Notes: generated by a model not told the origin, from the sequence alone. Shown: positions 8,893 to 18,219, counted from the stretch's first letter. The stretch is 52,959 nt of DNA from an uncultured Devosiaceae bacterium (GCA_964572555.1 CAZNHG010000001.1:1-52959); one strand, 5' to 3'. Numbers and translations: made by a program.

Positions 8893-10740
8893 ATGGGTCT
8901 GAGCGTATCACTATCGAATGCCCTTTCGGGCATGCATACCACCCAGAAGGGGCTGGAGATCCTTTCGCGGAACATCGCGAATGCCGGCACGCCCGGTTAT
9001 CACCGGCAATCGGTGAACATCTCGGAAGAGGTGGGGACCAACAGCTCCTATTCGCGCCTGACGAGCGTGGAGCGTGCCTTTCAGGAGGCGACGCAGCACC
9101 TCTACAACAAGGAGCTGACCTCGGCCGCCTATGCCGAGACGCGGGCGACCTTCCTGGGGCGCGTGGAAACTTTCCTGGGAAAGCCGGGCGATCCGACCTC
9201 GCTCGACACGCTGTATCAGGAATTCGAGACGTCCATGCAGGAGCTGACGACCAGCCCGGACGACTACACGACCCGCTCCGAGGCAGTTTCGACAGCCCAG
9301 ACCCTGGCAACGCGGCTGAACCAGCTCACGGCATCGACGCAAGGCTTGCGGCAGGAAACCGAGAACCAGATCGCCAATCACGTGTCCGAAATGAACCGGA
9401 TGCTGAATTCCCTGGCGAACATCAACGTCAAGCTGAACGACCAGCGCAACGATCAGGCGACACGCGCCTCGCTGCTGGACGAGCGCGACAGGATGGTGGG
9501 GAGCATCGCCGAACTCGTCGATGTCCGGGTGGAGTACCGCGGCGACGATACCGTTTCGTTGATGACCAAGTCGGGCATGTCGCTCCTGGACAGCGGCGGC
9601 CCGACGCTGTTCGAGTTCGATCCCGCCGGCAGCATCAACGCGAGCGCCAAGTTCGAGATCGACGACTCCAAGAACGGCGTGGGCACGCTCTATGCCACGA
9701 CGCAGGCGGGCCTGCGCGTCGATGTGGTCGAGCAGGGTCTCATGCAGTCGGGGCGGCTGGGTGCGCTGTTCGAATTGCGTGACGAAACGCTCACGGACGT
9801 GCAGAACCAGCTCGACGAGATCGCGTCGGGCCTGGCGCAGGCGATGTCGACCGTGAACGGCGAAGAAGTGACCACGGGCGCGGACGAGAAAGGCTACCAG
9901 CTCGACCTCGCGGGCATCGAGAACGGGCAGAACTTCACGTTCAGCTATAGCGTGAATGGCACCCGCCACGATGTGCGAGTCGTGCGGGACGACAGCGTGT
10001 CGAGCCCGACAGAGACGACGGGTCCGAACGGCCAGCGCGTCATCACGATGGACTTCAGCGGCGGGGAGGCCGGTGTCGCCACCCAGCTGAACAGCCTCGG
10101 GTTTGCCGATATCGGCATCAGCGCGCAGACTGTCGGCTCCGAAGATGTGCTGCAAATCGTCGATGACGGTGCGGCCAACACTTCGTCCATCAATTATTTG
10201 CGCACGCATGCGACAAGCACGCAGGGGCAGGGGCTCGGGCTGGCGCTGTTCACCGACCAGGGGGGCAAGACGTTCACCGACAGCCTGGCCGGTGACGGGC
10301 AGCAATTGGGCTTTGCCGGCCGCATTTCGGTCAATACGGAAGTCGTCGCGAACAGCGAGCTGCTGGTGAAGTACGCCTCGGGCACGCCGCTCGGCGACGA
10401 CTCCCGGCCCAACGCGTTGCTGGCCAACCTTGAGAACATGACCTTCAAGGGCAAGACGGTAACGGCAGCGAAGAACGGAAATTTCGAGCTGAACGGCACG
10501 CCTGAGAACCTCATCGCGCAAATGATGAACTATCAGGGCAACACCATCAGCTCGGCCAACGGCGACAGGGAAACCGCCGACATGGCGCTCGATGCGGTCA
10601 GTCAGCGCATGGATTCCGAGACGGGTGTGAACATCGACGAGGAAATGTCGCGCCTGATCGAATTGCAGAATTCCTATGCAGCGGCCGCGCGCGTGGTCTC
10701 GACCACGCAGGAACTCATCGACCGGCTGATGGCGATCTAG
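8893..10740 (+). CDS. flgK: flagellar hook-associated protein 1 (hook-filament junction) FlgK
   Basis: The ATG at 8893 follows an AGGGAG RBS at 8881; the track start at 8875 is less likely. N-terminal LEILSRNIANAGTPGYHRQ. C-terminal VNIDEEMSRLIELQNSYAAAARVVSTTQELIDRLM. Confidence 0.9.
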   Translation: MGLSVSLSNALSGMHTTQKGLEILSRNIANAGTPGYHRQSVNISEEVGTNSSYSRLTSVERAFQEATQHLYNKELTSAAYAETRATFLGRVETFLGKPGDPTSLDTLYQEFETSMQELTTSPDDYTTRSEAVSTAQTLATRLNQLTASTQGLRQETENQIANHVSEMNRMLNSLANINVKLNDQRNDQATRASLLDERDRMVGSIAELVDVRVEYRGDDTVSLMTKSGMSLLDSGGPTLFEFDPAGSINASAKFEIDDSKNGVGTLYATTQAGLRVDVVEQGLMQSGRLGALFELRDETLTDVQNQLDEIASGLAQAMSTVNGEEVTTGADEKGYQLDLAGIENGQNFTFSYSVNGTRHDVRVVRDDSVSSPTETTGPNGQRVITMDFSGGEAGVATQLNSLGFADIGISAQTVGSEDVLQIVDDGAANTSSINYLRTHATSTQGQGLGLALFTDQGGKTFTDSLAGDGQQLGFAGRISVNTEVVANSELLVKYASGTPLGDDSRPNALLANLENMTFKGKTVTAAKNGNFELNGTPENLIAQMMNYQGNTISSANGDRETADMALDAVSQRMDSETGVNIDEEMSRLIELQNSYAAAARVVSTTQELIDRLMAI

Positions 10741-10753
10741 TGGGAGAAGCAAG

Positions 10754-12622
10754 ATGATTGTCAACAAGACGATGTTCCCGCTTAACCGGGGCTTTTCGAC
10801 AATCTCGAACATGCACCAGACGATGGAGAACCTGCAGACGCAGCTCGCCACGGGCAAGCGCGCCAATTCCCTGTCGGAACTGGGAAGTGAACGTGTCTAC
10901 GATCTCAGCATCCGCTCGCGGCAGAGCCAGCTGAACGCATACAAGTCCTCGATTCAAACCGTGGACCTGCGTTTGCAGGCGATGGACAACGTCGTGTCCC
11001 GTCTTGACGAGATCGAGGGGAACGCGCGCTCCTCGTCGGCCGCTGGCAGCTCCGGCGGCGACGAAACGGGCATGGTGACGGCACAATCGCTCTCCAAGGC
11101 GCGGCTCGACGAAGTGTTGACGATCCTGGGTACGGAGGTGAACGGGCGCCACCTGTTCGGCGGCAATGTCACGGACAAGTCGCCGGTCGCCACCATGGAC
11201 GCCATTCTCAACGGGAGCGAGGGGAAGGACGGCTTCCGCACGGTCGTCAGCGAGCGCAAGCAGGCGGACGCCGGGACGGACGGGCTCGGCCGCCTCGATC
11301 TGGCGAGCGGCGGCCTCGAGATCGCGCGCGCTGCGGACAGCGTCAGCCTTACGGAAGGCAACGCGACCGACTATCCGTATCGGCAGACCATCGACAGCGT
11401 GAGTGCCACGACCACCAATGCCGGTGCCATCACGGTCTCCGGGCCGGCGGGAACGCCGCCTTCGGCGGATGTGCAGTTCGGGACGAACCTGACCGACGGC
11501 GATACCGTAACCGTCGATGTCACGTTGCCCGGCGGGGGAACGGAAACCCGCACCCTGACGGCTGTCGCGGGCGCCCCTAGCAATCCGGGCGAATTCCAGA
11601 TCGACAACACTGACGCAACCAATACGGCGGCTAATTTTCAGGCAGCGCTCGAAGAGGTAACCGTTTCGGACACGGTGACGCTGGCCGAGGACGGCGATCA
11701 TCCTTTCGGTGCGAAACTGTCCACACCACCGGCGGATAGCGACTTTCTCACGGTCGATTTTGCCGATGGCGCGGCGCCGAAGGTGCTGAGCATGCGCTTC
11801 ACCGGGCAACCATCCGACGGTGACAAGGTCACGATCGGTGTGACGCTGCCGGACGGGTCCGAGACGACGCTCGAATTCAGCGCGACGGCGGGAACGCCGA
11901 CCTCGAACCGGCAGTTCCAGATCGGTGCGGACCCGCAGGAGACTGCCGCCAATTTTCAGTCCTCGCTCGAGAGCGAGCTCGAGCACATGGGCGAGACCGA
12001 GCTGGAGGCCGCTTCGGTCTATGCTGCGGCGGATGACTTCTTTGCCGGGCAGGGCGGGACGGTGCGCCGGGTGGACGGATCGACGTCATTCGCGGAAGCG
12101 ACGGGCTTTCTGACAAACCAGATCAGCCAGGACACGACGGTTCAGTGGTATACCGGAGAGGATACGCCGGGCCGCGCCCGCGATACCGTGCAGGCCAAGG
12201 TCGATGACGGAACCGTGGTGAGCTACGGCACGCAGGCGAACGAGGAAGGGATCGTCAACCTTGTCAGCTCGCTCGCGGCGATGACGGTCGAGAGCTATCC
12301 GGACACGGACCCGAATGCGTCCGAACGGTACAACCAGATGAACCAGCGCCAGCATACCCAGCTCTCGGAAGCCAACAACGACAACCCGGGTGCCATCGAG
12401 GTGATCAGCCTGGAACTCGGTATCGCGAAGTCGACTATCGGACAGGCCAAGGAGCGGCACGAGACGACCGGTGCGCAGCTCGACACGATGCTCGCCGATA
12501 TCGAGGAAGCGCCTGTCGAGGAGGTAGCGATGAAGCTGATGTCGCTGCAAACCCGCTTGCAGGCCAGCTATCAGACGACCGCCATGGTCTCTCAGCTGAC
12601 GCTGGTGAACTACGTAAACTGA
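10754..12622 (+). CDS. flgL: flagellar hook-associated protein 3 FlgL (flagellin-superfamily termini, unusually long)
   Basis: 622 aa. N-terminal LQTQLATGKRANSLSELG. C-terminal EEVAMKLMSLQTRLQASYQTTAMVSQLTLVNYV. Follows flgK with a 13-nt gap and a GGGAGAAG RBS. Confidence 0.85.
   Translation: MIVNKTMFPLNRGFSTISNMHQTMENLQTQLATGKRANSLSELGSERVYDLSIRSRQSQLNAYKSSIQTVDLRLQAMDNVVSRLDEIEGNARSSSAAGSSGGDETGMVTAQSLSKARLDEVLTILGTEVNGRHLFGGNVTDKSPVATMDAILNGSEGKDGFRTVVSERKQADAGTDGLGRLDLASGGLEIARAADSVSLTEGNATDYPYRQTIDSVSATTTNAGAITVSGPAGTPPSADVQFGTNLTDGDTVTVDVTLPGGGTETRTLTAVAGAPSNPGEFQIDNTDATNTAANFQAALEEVTVSDTVTLAEDGDHPFGAKLSTPPADSDFLTVDFADGAAPKVLSMRFTGQPSDGDKVTIGVTLPDGSETTLEFSATAGTPTSNRQFQIGADPQETAANFQSSLESELEHMGETELEAASVYAAADDFFAGQGGTVRRVDGSTSFAEATGFLTNQISQDTTVQWYTGEDTPGRARDTVQAKVDDGTVVSYGTQANEEGIVNLVSSLAAMTVESYPDTDPNASERYNQMNQRQHTQLSEANNDNPGAIEVISLELGIAKSTIGQAKERHETTGAQLDTMLADIEEAPVEEVAMKLMSLQTRLQASYQTTAMVSQLTLVNYVN
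11465..11659 (+). repeat. FlgL internal domain repeat, copy 1 (aa ~238-302)
   Basis: VQFGTNLTDGDTVTVDVTLPGGGTETRTLTAVAGAPSNPGEFQIDNTDATNTAANFQAALEE aligns with copy 2. Confidence 0.6.
11786..11983 (+). repeat. FlgL internal domain repeat, copy 2 (aa ~345-410)
   Basis: MRFTGQPSDGDKVTIGVTLPDGSETTLEFSATAGTPTSNRQFQIGADPQETAANFQSSLES aligns with copy 1. Confidence 0.6.
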
Positions 12623-12634
12623 CGCGTGCCCGAG

Positions 12635-12653
12635 CGAAGGGTCCCCTTCGTTT
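12635..12653 (+). terminator. weak hairpin after flgL (CGAAGGG-tc-CCCTTCG followed by TTT)
   Basis: Short 6-7 bp stem with a short T run. It may only attenuate read-through into the OmpA-like gene. Confidence 0.3.
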
Positions 12654-12747
12654 GAACGGGGCGCTCCACCCATCTCATTGCTAAAAATCCCGCAAGACAT
12701 GTTCAATCGCCTTGCGAGGCAACGGGTATTCGAGGGAGGGCGCTTTG

Positions 12748-13668
12748 GTGGCGATCGGAAAGGTGGGCCGTCTGGCGATCATCTGCCTGGCAGCATTTGT
12801 TTCCGTTTCGCCGGCGGGTGCGCAACAGCAGACATTCGCCGACAGTGAAGGCAGCGAAGTGCTCCTGCCTCAGGGAACCTTGTCGTTCGCCGATGCGTCG
12901 GTGAGCTATGAAATGGGCGAGCCCGCGCCGATCACGATATCCCGCGATCCAGACTCGGCGCTCGGGCCGCCGGACTGGGAGAACCTCGACACGGGCGACC
13001 GCAATCTTACACTGGGCTGCGGCGGCACCCTTGTTCTGCGCTTCGTCGACAATGCCCTGATCGACACACAAGGACCGGACCTCCATGTCTTCGAGGTGGG
13101 ACCGGACGTCGAGGCAACGGAACTGGCGATTTCGAAGAACGGCAACGACTGGATCGAGGTGGGCGAGATTTCGGGTGGCCGGGCGGAGGTCGACATTTCC
13201 AAGTTCGCCGCGCCTCAAGACAGCTTCAGCTTCGTGCGCCTGATCGACGACGGCGTGGATTGCGAGGGGCGCTGGCCGGGCGCCGACATCGACGCGGTTG
13301 CGGCCATCGGGACGGCGCAGCGCTTTGTCTTCGACGGTGCAGTGTTGTTCGAAACCGACAGCGCCGCCCTGCGTGAGGCGGCACGCAAGGACCTTGGGAT
13401 GTTCGTCGAGCAGGTGGCCAATCAGGACATCGCGGCGTTGCGCATCACCGGGCATACCGACTCGCGTGGCGCCGAGGCGTACAACGACGATCTGTCGGCG
13501 CGTCGTGCCGAATCGGTTCGCGGGTTTTTGAGCGGACTCGATGATCTGACGGGGCTGCAGATGAGCATCCGGGGTGCGGGCGAGAACGAGCCGGTGGCAA
13601 CAAATGCGACCGAGCGCGGGCGCCAGGATAACCGCCGTGTGGAGATCATCGCCGTACCCGGCGGTTGA
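12748..13668 (+). CDS. periplasmic OmpA/MotB-domain (peptidoglycan-binding) protein with an unassigned N-terminal domain
   Basis: The track ORF starts at TTG 12712. GTG 12748 lies 8 nt after a GAGGGAGGG RBS and gives the signal peptide VAIGKVGRLAIICLAAFVSVSPAGA/QQQ. The C-terminal OmpA-like motifs are ITGHTDSRGAEAYNDDLSARRAESV...NRRVEI. Confidence 0.8.
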   Translation: MAIGKVGRLAIICLAAFVSVSPAGAQQQTFADSEGSEVLLPQGTLSFADASVSYEMGEPAPITISRDPDSALGPPDWENLDTGDRNLTLGCGGTLVLRFVDNALIDTQGPDLHVFEVGPDVEATELAISKNGNDWIEVGEISGGRAEVDISKFAAPQDSFSFVRLIDDGVDCEGRWPGADIDAVAAIGTAQRFVFDGAVLFETDSAALREAARKDLGMFVEQVANQDIAALRITGHTDSRGAEAYNDDLSARRAESVRGFLSGLDDLTGLQMSIRGAGENEPVATNATERGRQDNRRVEIIAVPGG

Positions 13669-13685
13669 TACCTACACGGAAATCG

Positions 13686-13768
13686 CTTCGCGTTCCGGCA
13701 TGAGGGGATATGGGTTCCACTTGGTGACCCGCCCGGAGTGGCCGCCTTTTCCCTGCCGGAACGCGAAG
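13686..13768. repeat. 15-bp perfect inverted repeat (CTTCGCGTTCCGGCA ... TGCCGGAACGCGAAG) separated by 53 nt
   Basis: Read directly. It fills most of the 114-bp convergent intergenic region between the OmpA-like gene and the hydrolase gene. Confidence 0.6.
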
Positions 13769-13782
13769 TCTGCCTGTCGGGG

Positions 13783-14619
13783 TCAGGCCAGGAATGTCCG
13801 GATCGGGTCGATCTGGTCGGCGACGTTGAGCGCCGGGGCGTGGCCGACCCCGGGGACTTCGAGAACCCGCGCCCTCGGGCCGCGGCGGCTCATTTCACTG
13901 GCGATACTGGCGCTAAGCAGGTCACTGTCGGCACCGCGCACGAGCAGAGTTGGCGCGGTGATGGAGTCGTAGCTGGTCCATTGGTCCAACAGCCCGTCTG
14001 CTGCCTCGAATTGACGGACGATCTTCGGATCGTAGTGAACCGTGACGGCACCGTCGTCGGTGCGGCGTGCCGAGGTGTCGGCCATTCTGCGCCATTCGGT
14101 TTCCGTGAGCGGGCCGAAGGGGGCATAAACCGTGCGCAGCCAGGTTTCGAGTTCGGCAATGGTACCAAAGCGCGGCGGATTGCCGACATAGGTCGCGATG
14201 CGCTCGATGGCGGCGTCGGGGAGTTCGGGGCCGATGTCGTTGACGACGAGGTGGCTGATGCGGTCGCGCATCGGGCCGCCTGCGAGATGCATGCCAATGG
14301 CGCCGCCCATGGATGTGCCGATCCAGCGGTACTGTTCGGCGCCGATTTCATCGAGCATCTGCACGGCCATCCTGCCGAAGACATCCATCCGGTATTCGGC
14401 AGCCGCGTCGCCGGCCCACTGGCTGAGGCCGCGGCCCAGCGTGTCGGGGGCGAGGATATGGTAGTCGTCCTGCAGGGCCGCCGCGATGGTGTCGAAGTCG
14501 CGGCCGGTGCGGGCAAGGCCGTGCCACATGACGAGGACCGGCTTGCCCGGTTCGCCCCACTGGGTGACGTGGATTTCCCGGTCGCAGAGAGTGAAGTAGG
14601 TCGAGCGTGGTCCGGTCAT
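13783..14619 (-). CDS. alpha/beta-fold hydrolase, cytoplasmic
   Basis: 278 aa. HG oxyanion motif VLVMWHGLARTGRDF. Nucleophile elbow GTSMGG. No signal peptide. Its ATG overlaps the stop of the upstream permease (ATGA), so the two are translationally coupled. Confidence 0.85.
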   Translation of the reverse strand: MTGPRSTYFTLCDREIHVTQWGEPGKPVLVMWHGLARTGRDFDTIAAALQDDYHILAPDTLGRGLSQWAGDAAAEYRMDVFGRMAVQMLDEIGAEQYRWIGTSMGGAIGMHLAGGPMRDRISHLVVNDIGPELPDAAIERIATYVGNPPRFGTIAELETWLRTVYAPFGPLTETEWRRMADTSARRTDDGAVTVHYDPKIVRQFEAADGLLDQWTSYDSITAPTLLVRGADSDLLSASIASEMSRRGPRARVLEVPGVGHAPALNVADQIDPIRTFLA

Positions 14620-15677
14620 TCGCGGGTCCCCCTGAACTTGCCGACGATGCCCGTCGGGAACGAATAGACACTGATGATGAACAGCAGACCGAGCCAGAAC
14701 AGCCAGCGGTCAGGATGCAGCAGGTCGGTGACGAATGGAATACCGGCGGTGCTGCTGCTGGCGACGCCCATGACCTCGCGCAGGTAGTTCTGGGCGAGCA
14801 CGAAGATCGTCGCGCCCAGGATGGCGCCCCACATGGTGCCCATGCCGCCGATAACCAGCATGACGAGGATATCGATCATCAGGTCGAGCGAGAGCATGGT
14901 GTCGGGGCCGGTATAACGCAGCCAGATGGCCATGAGCACGCCGGCCAGGGACGCGACGACCGCGGAAATGATGGTGGCGATGGTCCGGAAATAGACTGTC
15001 TTGTAGCCTAGCGCCTCGGCCCGGAAATCGTTCTCGCGAATGGCCTGAAGAACCCGGCCGAAGGGCGAGTTGACGAAGCGCAGGAGCGCGAGAAAGAGCA
15101 CGAGTGCGCCCACGAAGACCAGGTAGTAGGCCAGCAGTTTGCCATCGAGCCGCACATCGAGGATGCGGAAGTCGGCCAGCTTGAAGGCCGGGGTGAGGAT
15201 CTGCGGGACGCGGTAGGTCAGCCCGTCCTCGCCGCCGGTGATGGTGTAGAGCTGCGAAACGAGGATCGAGAAGGCGCTCGCCACGGCCAGCGTGATCATG
15301 GCGAAGAAGATCGTGCGCACGCGCAGCGAGGCGAGCGCTATGACGAAGGCGACGATGGCGGCCACGATGACGCCGGCGACGGTGCCCAGTGCGATCGGCC
15401 CCCAGCCGGGCCCGAGATTGTGCGAGGCGATGGCGACGCCATAGGCGCCGATGCCGAAGAACATGGTGTGGGCGAACGAGACGATCCCGGTGTAGCCGAG
15501 CAGCAGGTCATAGCTCGCCACGAGCGCGATGATGATGCAGATACGCGCCGCCGTATCGAGCGAGCGCGTGCCGGGGAAGAGGAACGGAGCGAGAGCCAGG
15601 CATACGACGATGGCGATGATGATCGCGGTGAGGAGCGGCTTGCCGGGGCTGTCACCGGACAGGATACGCTTGAACAT
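14616..15677 (-). CDS. branched-chain-amino-acid-type (HAAT family) ABC transporter permease, LivM-like
   Basis: 353 aa polytopic membrane protein with LivM-like blocks (GYTGIVSFAHTMFFGIGAY, GGEDGL). Confidence 0.88.
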   Translation of the reverse strand: MFKRILSGDSPGKPLLTAIIIAIVVCLALAPFLFPGTRSLDTAARICIIIALVASYDLLLGYTGIVSFAHTMFFGIGAYGVAIASHNLGPGWGPIALGTVAGVIVAAIVAFVIALASLRVRTIFFAMITLAVASAFSILVSQLYTITGGEDGLTYRVPQILTPAFKLADFRILDVRLDGKLLAYYLVFVGALVLFLALLRFVNSPFGRVLQAIRENDFRAEALGYKTVYFRTIATIISAVVASLAGVLMAIWLRYTGPDTMLSLDLMIDILVMLVIGGMGTMWGAILGATIFVLAQNYLREVMGVASSSTAGIPFVTDLLHPDRWLFWLGLLFIISVYSFPTGIVGKFRGTRE

Positions 15678-15683
15678 GGCTGG

Positions 15684-16718
15684 CTACCTCGATCCGCTGG
15701 GCCGCAGAAGGCCCTGGGGGCGCCACATGAGAACGGCCACCATCAGAATGATGCTGGAACCGACGGCAAGTTTGGGCATCAGGAAGGCAGTGTAGTTGTT
15801 GGTCAGCCCGATCAGAAGGGCGGCGAGGAAGCAGCCCTCGACCGAGCCGAGGCCGCCGATGATGATGGTGATGAATACCAGAACCATGACGCTCATGCCC
15901 ATCTGGGCGGTAATGACTTCGTCATAGAGCGCCCACATGATGCCGCCGAGGCCCGCGAGCGCGGAAGCGGCGACGAAGACGCCGATGAACAGGATCGAGA
16001 CGCGATAACCCAGCGACTCCACCATCTCGCGGTTCTCGACGCCGGCCCGCACGAGAAGACCGATGCGCGTGCGTGTGAGAATGAGGCGCAGGGCGACGAA
16101 CAGGGCCAGCCCGAGCGCGACGGCGAGCAGGCGGTATTTCTCCATGACGATGTCGCCGACGATGAAGGCGCCGCTCAGGCTCTCCGGCCGCGGAATGGGA
16201 ATCTCGTTGGGCCCCCAGATGACGATGATGAGCTGCTCGACGACGATCAGGCCGCCCATGGTGATCAGAATCTGCTTGAGATGATTGCCGTAGACGGGCC
16301 GCACGATGACGCGCTCGAAGAACAGGCCAAGCGTTCCGGCAGCCCCCATTGCCGCCACGGCCGCAATGAGCAGGGCCAGAAGATTCAACCCTATCGAGGG
16401 CGCCATGTAGATCGGCCCCAGCAGGAGAAGGACGGACACGCCCGCGAAGGCACCGAAGGAGATCATCGCGCCGTGGCCGAAATTGAGAACGTCCATCAGG
16501 CCGAACACCAGTGTCAGGCCCGAGGCCATCATGAAGATCATCAGGCCCATGGCGAGGCCGGCCAGGGTGAGCGTGGCCCAGGTCGGGACGCTGCCGATAG
16601 GCAGCAGCGCTGCGACGATGAGCGCCGGTACGGTGAAATAGGCGAGCCGTTCCGCAATGAAAGTCAGCGGGCCGCTTGCGCCGTCCGAGACGGAAACGGG
16701 TTGATCCGATGCGCTCAT
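15684..16718 (-). CDS. HAAT-family ABC transporter permease, LivH-like
   Basis: 344 aa polytopic. GLTLVFGLMDVLNFGHGAM motif typical of LivH. Confidence 0.88.
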   Translation of the reverse strand: MSASDQPVSVSDGASGPLTFIAERLAYFTVPALIVAALLPIGSVPTWATLTLAGLAMGLMIFMMASGLTLVFGLMDVLNFGHGAMISFGAFAGVSVLLLLGPIYMAPSIGLNLLALLIAAVAAMGAAGTLGLFFERVIVRPVYGNHLKQILITMGGLIVVEQLIIVIWGPNEIPIPRPESLSGAFIVGDIVMEKYRLLAVALGLALFVALRLILTRTRIGLLVRAGVENREMVESLGYRVSILFIGVFVAASALAGLGGIMWALYDEVITAQMGMSVMVLVFITIIIGGLGSVEGCFLAALLIGLTNNYTAFLMPKLAVGSSIILMVAVLMWRPQGLLRPSGSR

Positions 16719-17443
16719 GCGGCATCTCCCTTCATGTTGAGCCCGAGGAGCCGGCCCTGCAGGTCGGGGTCGCCGGCAAGATCGGCCATGCGGCCGGTGT
16801 GGGTGATCTGTCCGTCATCCATGACCGCGACGCTGTCGCCGACGCGGGCGGCGAGGGCGAAATTCTGCTCGACCATGAGGATGGTCACGCCTGTCTGCTT
16901 GAGCGCGGTGATGGCCTCGGCCAGCGAGTCGACGATGGCCGGGGCCAGCCCCTTGGTCGGTTCATCGATGAGCAGCAGGTCGGCCGGTTCGATGATGGCG
17001 CGGGAGATGGCGAGCATCTGCTTCTGGCCGCCCGAGAGCTGGCCGGCGGGCCAGCGCCAGAACTTGCGCATGGCCGGGAAGAGCTCGAAGATCCATTCGA
17101 GCCGCTCGTTGTCGAACCGGCCCGAGCGCGCGGCGAGGATCATGTTCTCCTCGAGGGTAAGGGAGCCGAAGATCGCCATGCTTTCGGGCACATAGGCGAT
17201 GCCGCGACGGGCGATCTGCGGGGTGCGCAGGCCCTCTATGGGCGCGTCGTTGTATTTGATGGTGCCGGAGCGGGCGGGCCAGAGTCCCATGATGGTGCGC
17301 ATGGTCGTGGTCTTGCCGGCGCCGTTGCGGCCCAGCAGCATGGTGAGCTCGCCTTGCGGCACGTCGAGATCGACGCCGTGCAGGATGTGATATTGCGCGA
17401 TGTGCGTATGGACCGCGGAGAGGCTGAGAAGGGGATCGGCCAT
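16715..17443 (-). CDS. HAAT-family ABC transporter ATP-binding protein, LivF-like
   Basis: Only the last 242 aa of track ORF 16715..18370. Walker A GRNGAGKTT, signature LSGGQKQML, Walker B LLLIDEP. Start ATG at 17443. Confidence 0.9.
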   Translation of the reverse strand: MADPLLSLSAVHTHIAQYHILHGVDLDVPQGELTMLLGRNGAGKTTTMRTIMGLWPARSGTIKYNDAPIEGLRTPQIARRGIAYVPESMAIFGSLTLEENMILAARSGRFDNERLEWIFELFPAMRKFWRWPAGQLSGGQKQMLAISRAIIEPADLLLIDEPTKGLAPAIVDSLAEAITALKQTGVTILMVEQNFALAARVGDSVAVMDDGQITHTGRMADLAGDPDLQGRLLGLNMKGDAA

Positions 17444-17454
17444 GATACGTCTCC

Positions 17455-18219
17455 TCACTGTCCGCCCGTGCCGAGATAGGCGTCGCGCACGATCTCGGAA
17501 TTCATGACGTCCTCCGGCGCACCGGAGGCGACCAGCGCGCCGTTGTGCAGGACCATGATCTCGTCGGCGAGGGAGCGGATCACGTCCATCTTGTGCTCGA
17601 CGAGGATGATGGTCTTGGCGGTGTCCGCCTTGATCTCCCGGATGAGCTCGAGGATGACCGGCGCCTCGTCGGCGCTCATGCCGGCGGTAGGCTCGTCGAA
17701 CATGACGATCTGGCTTTCGAGCGCGAGGAGCATGGCGACTTCGAGCTTGCGCTGATCGCCGTGCGGCAGGTTGGCGGCCCGTTCGTCGCGCCGGGCGGTC
17801 AGGCCGCAGCGCTCCAGATAGCTGTGGGCCTGACCGATCGTCTCGGTATCCGCCGCGGCGCGGGAGAACAGGTGCATGGCGCGCGGATGCCGGGCCTGGA
17901 TCGCAAGGCGTACATTCTCCAGGACGGAAAGGCGGGGGAACAGGTTGGTAAGCTGAAAGGCACGGCCGATGCCGAGGCGCGTGCGCTCGGGTACGGACAA
18001 ACCGGTGACATCGCGTCCGTTGTGGTGCACCTGGCCCGCGGAGGCGCGCAGCTGGCCGGAAATCAGGTTGAAATAGGTGGTTTTGCCCGCGCCGTTCGGC
18101 CCCACGATCGCCACCAGGGATTCGGGGCGGAACTGGTAGGACACGGCATCGACCGCGACATGGCCGCCGAAGCGGATGGTCAGATCGCGTGTCTCGAGCA
18201 CGGGTGCGGAAGCGGTCAT
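17455..18219 (-). CDS. HAAT-family ABC transporter ATP-binding protein, LivG-like
   Basis: Start taken at the internal ATG (MTASAPVLETRDLTIRFGG). Walker A GPNGAGKTT, LPHGDQRKLEVA, Walker B IVMFDEP. Confidence 0.88.
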   Translation of the reverse strand: MTASAPVLETRDLTIRFGGHVAVDAVSYQFRPESLVAIVGPNGAGKTTYFNLISGQLRASAGQVHHNGRDVTGLSVPERTRLGIGRAFQLTNLFPRLSVLENVRLAIQARHPRAMHLFSRAAADTETIGQAHSYLERCGLTARRDERAANLPHGDQRKLEVAMLLALESQIVMFDEPTAGMSADEAPVILELIREIKADTAKTIILVEHKMDVIRSLADEIMVLHNGALVASGAPEDVMNSEIVRDAYLGTGGQ

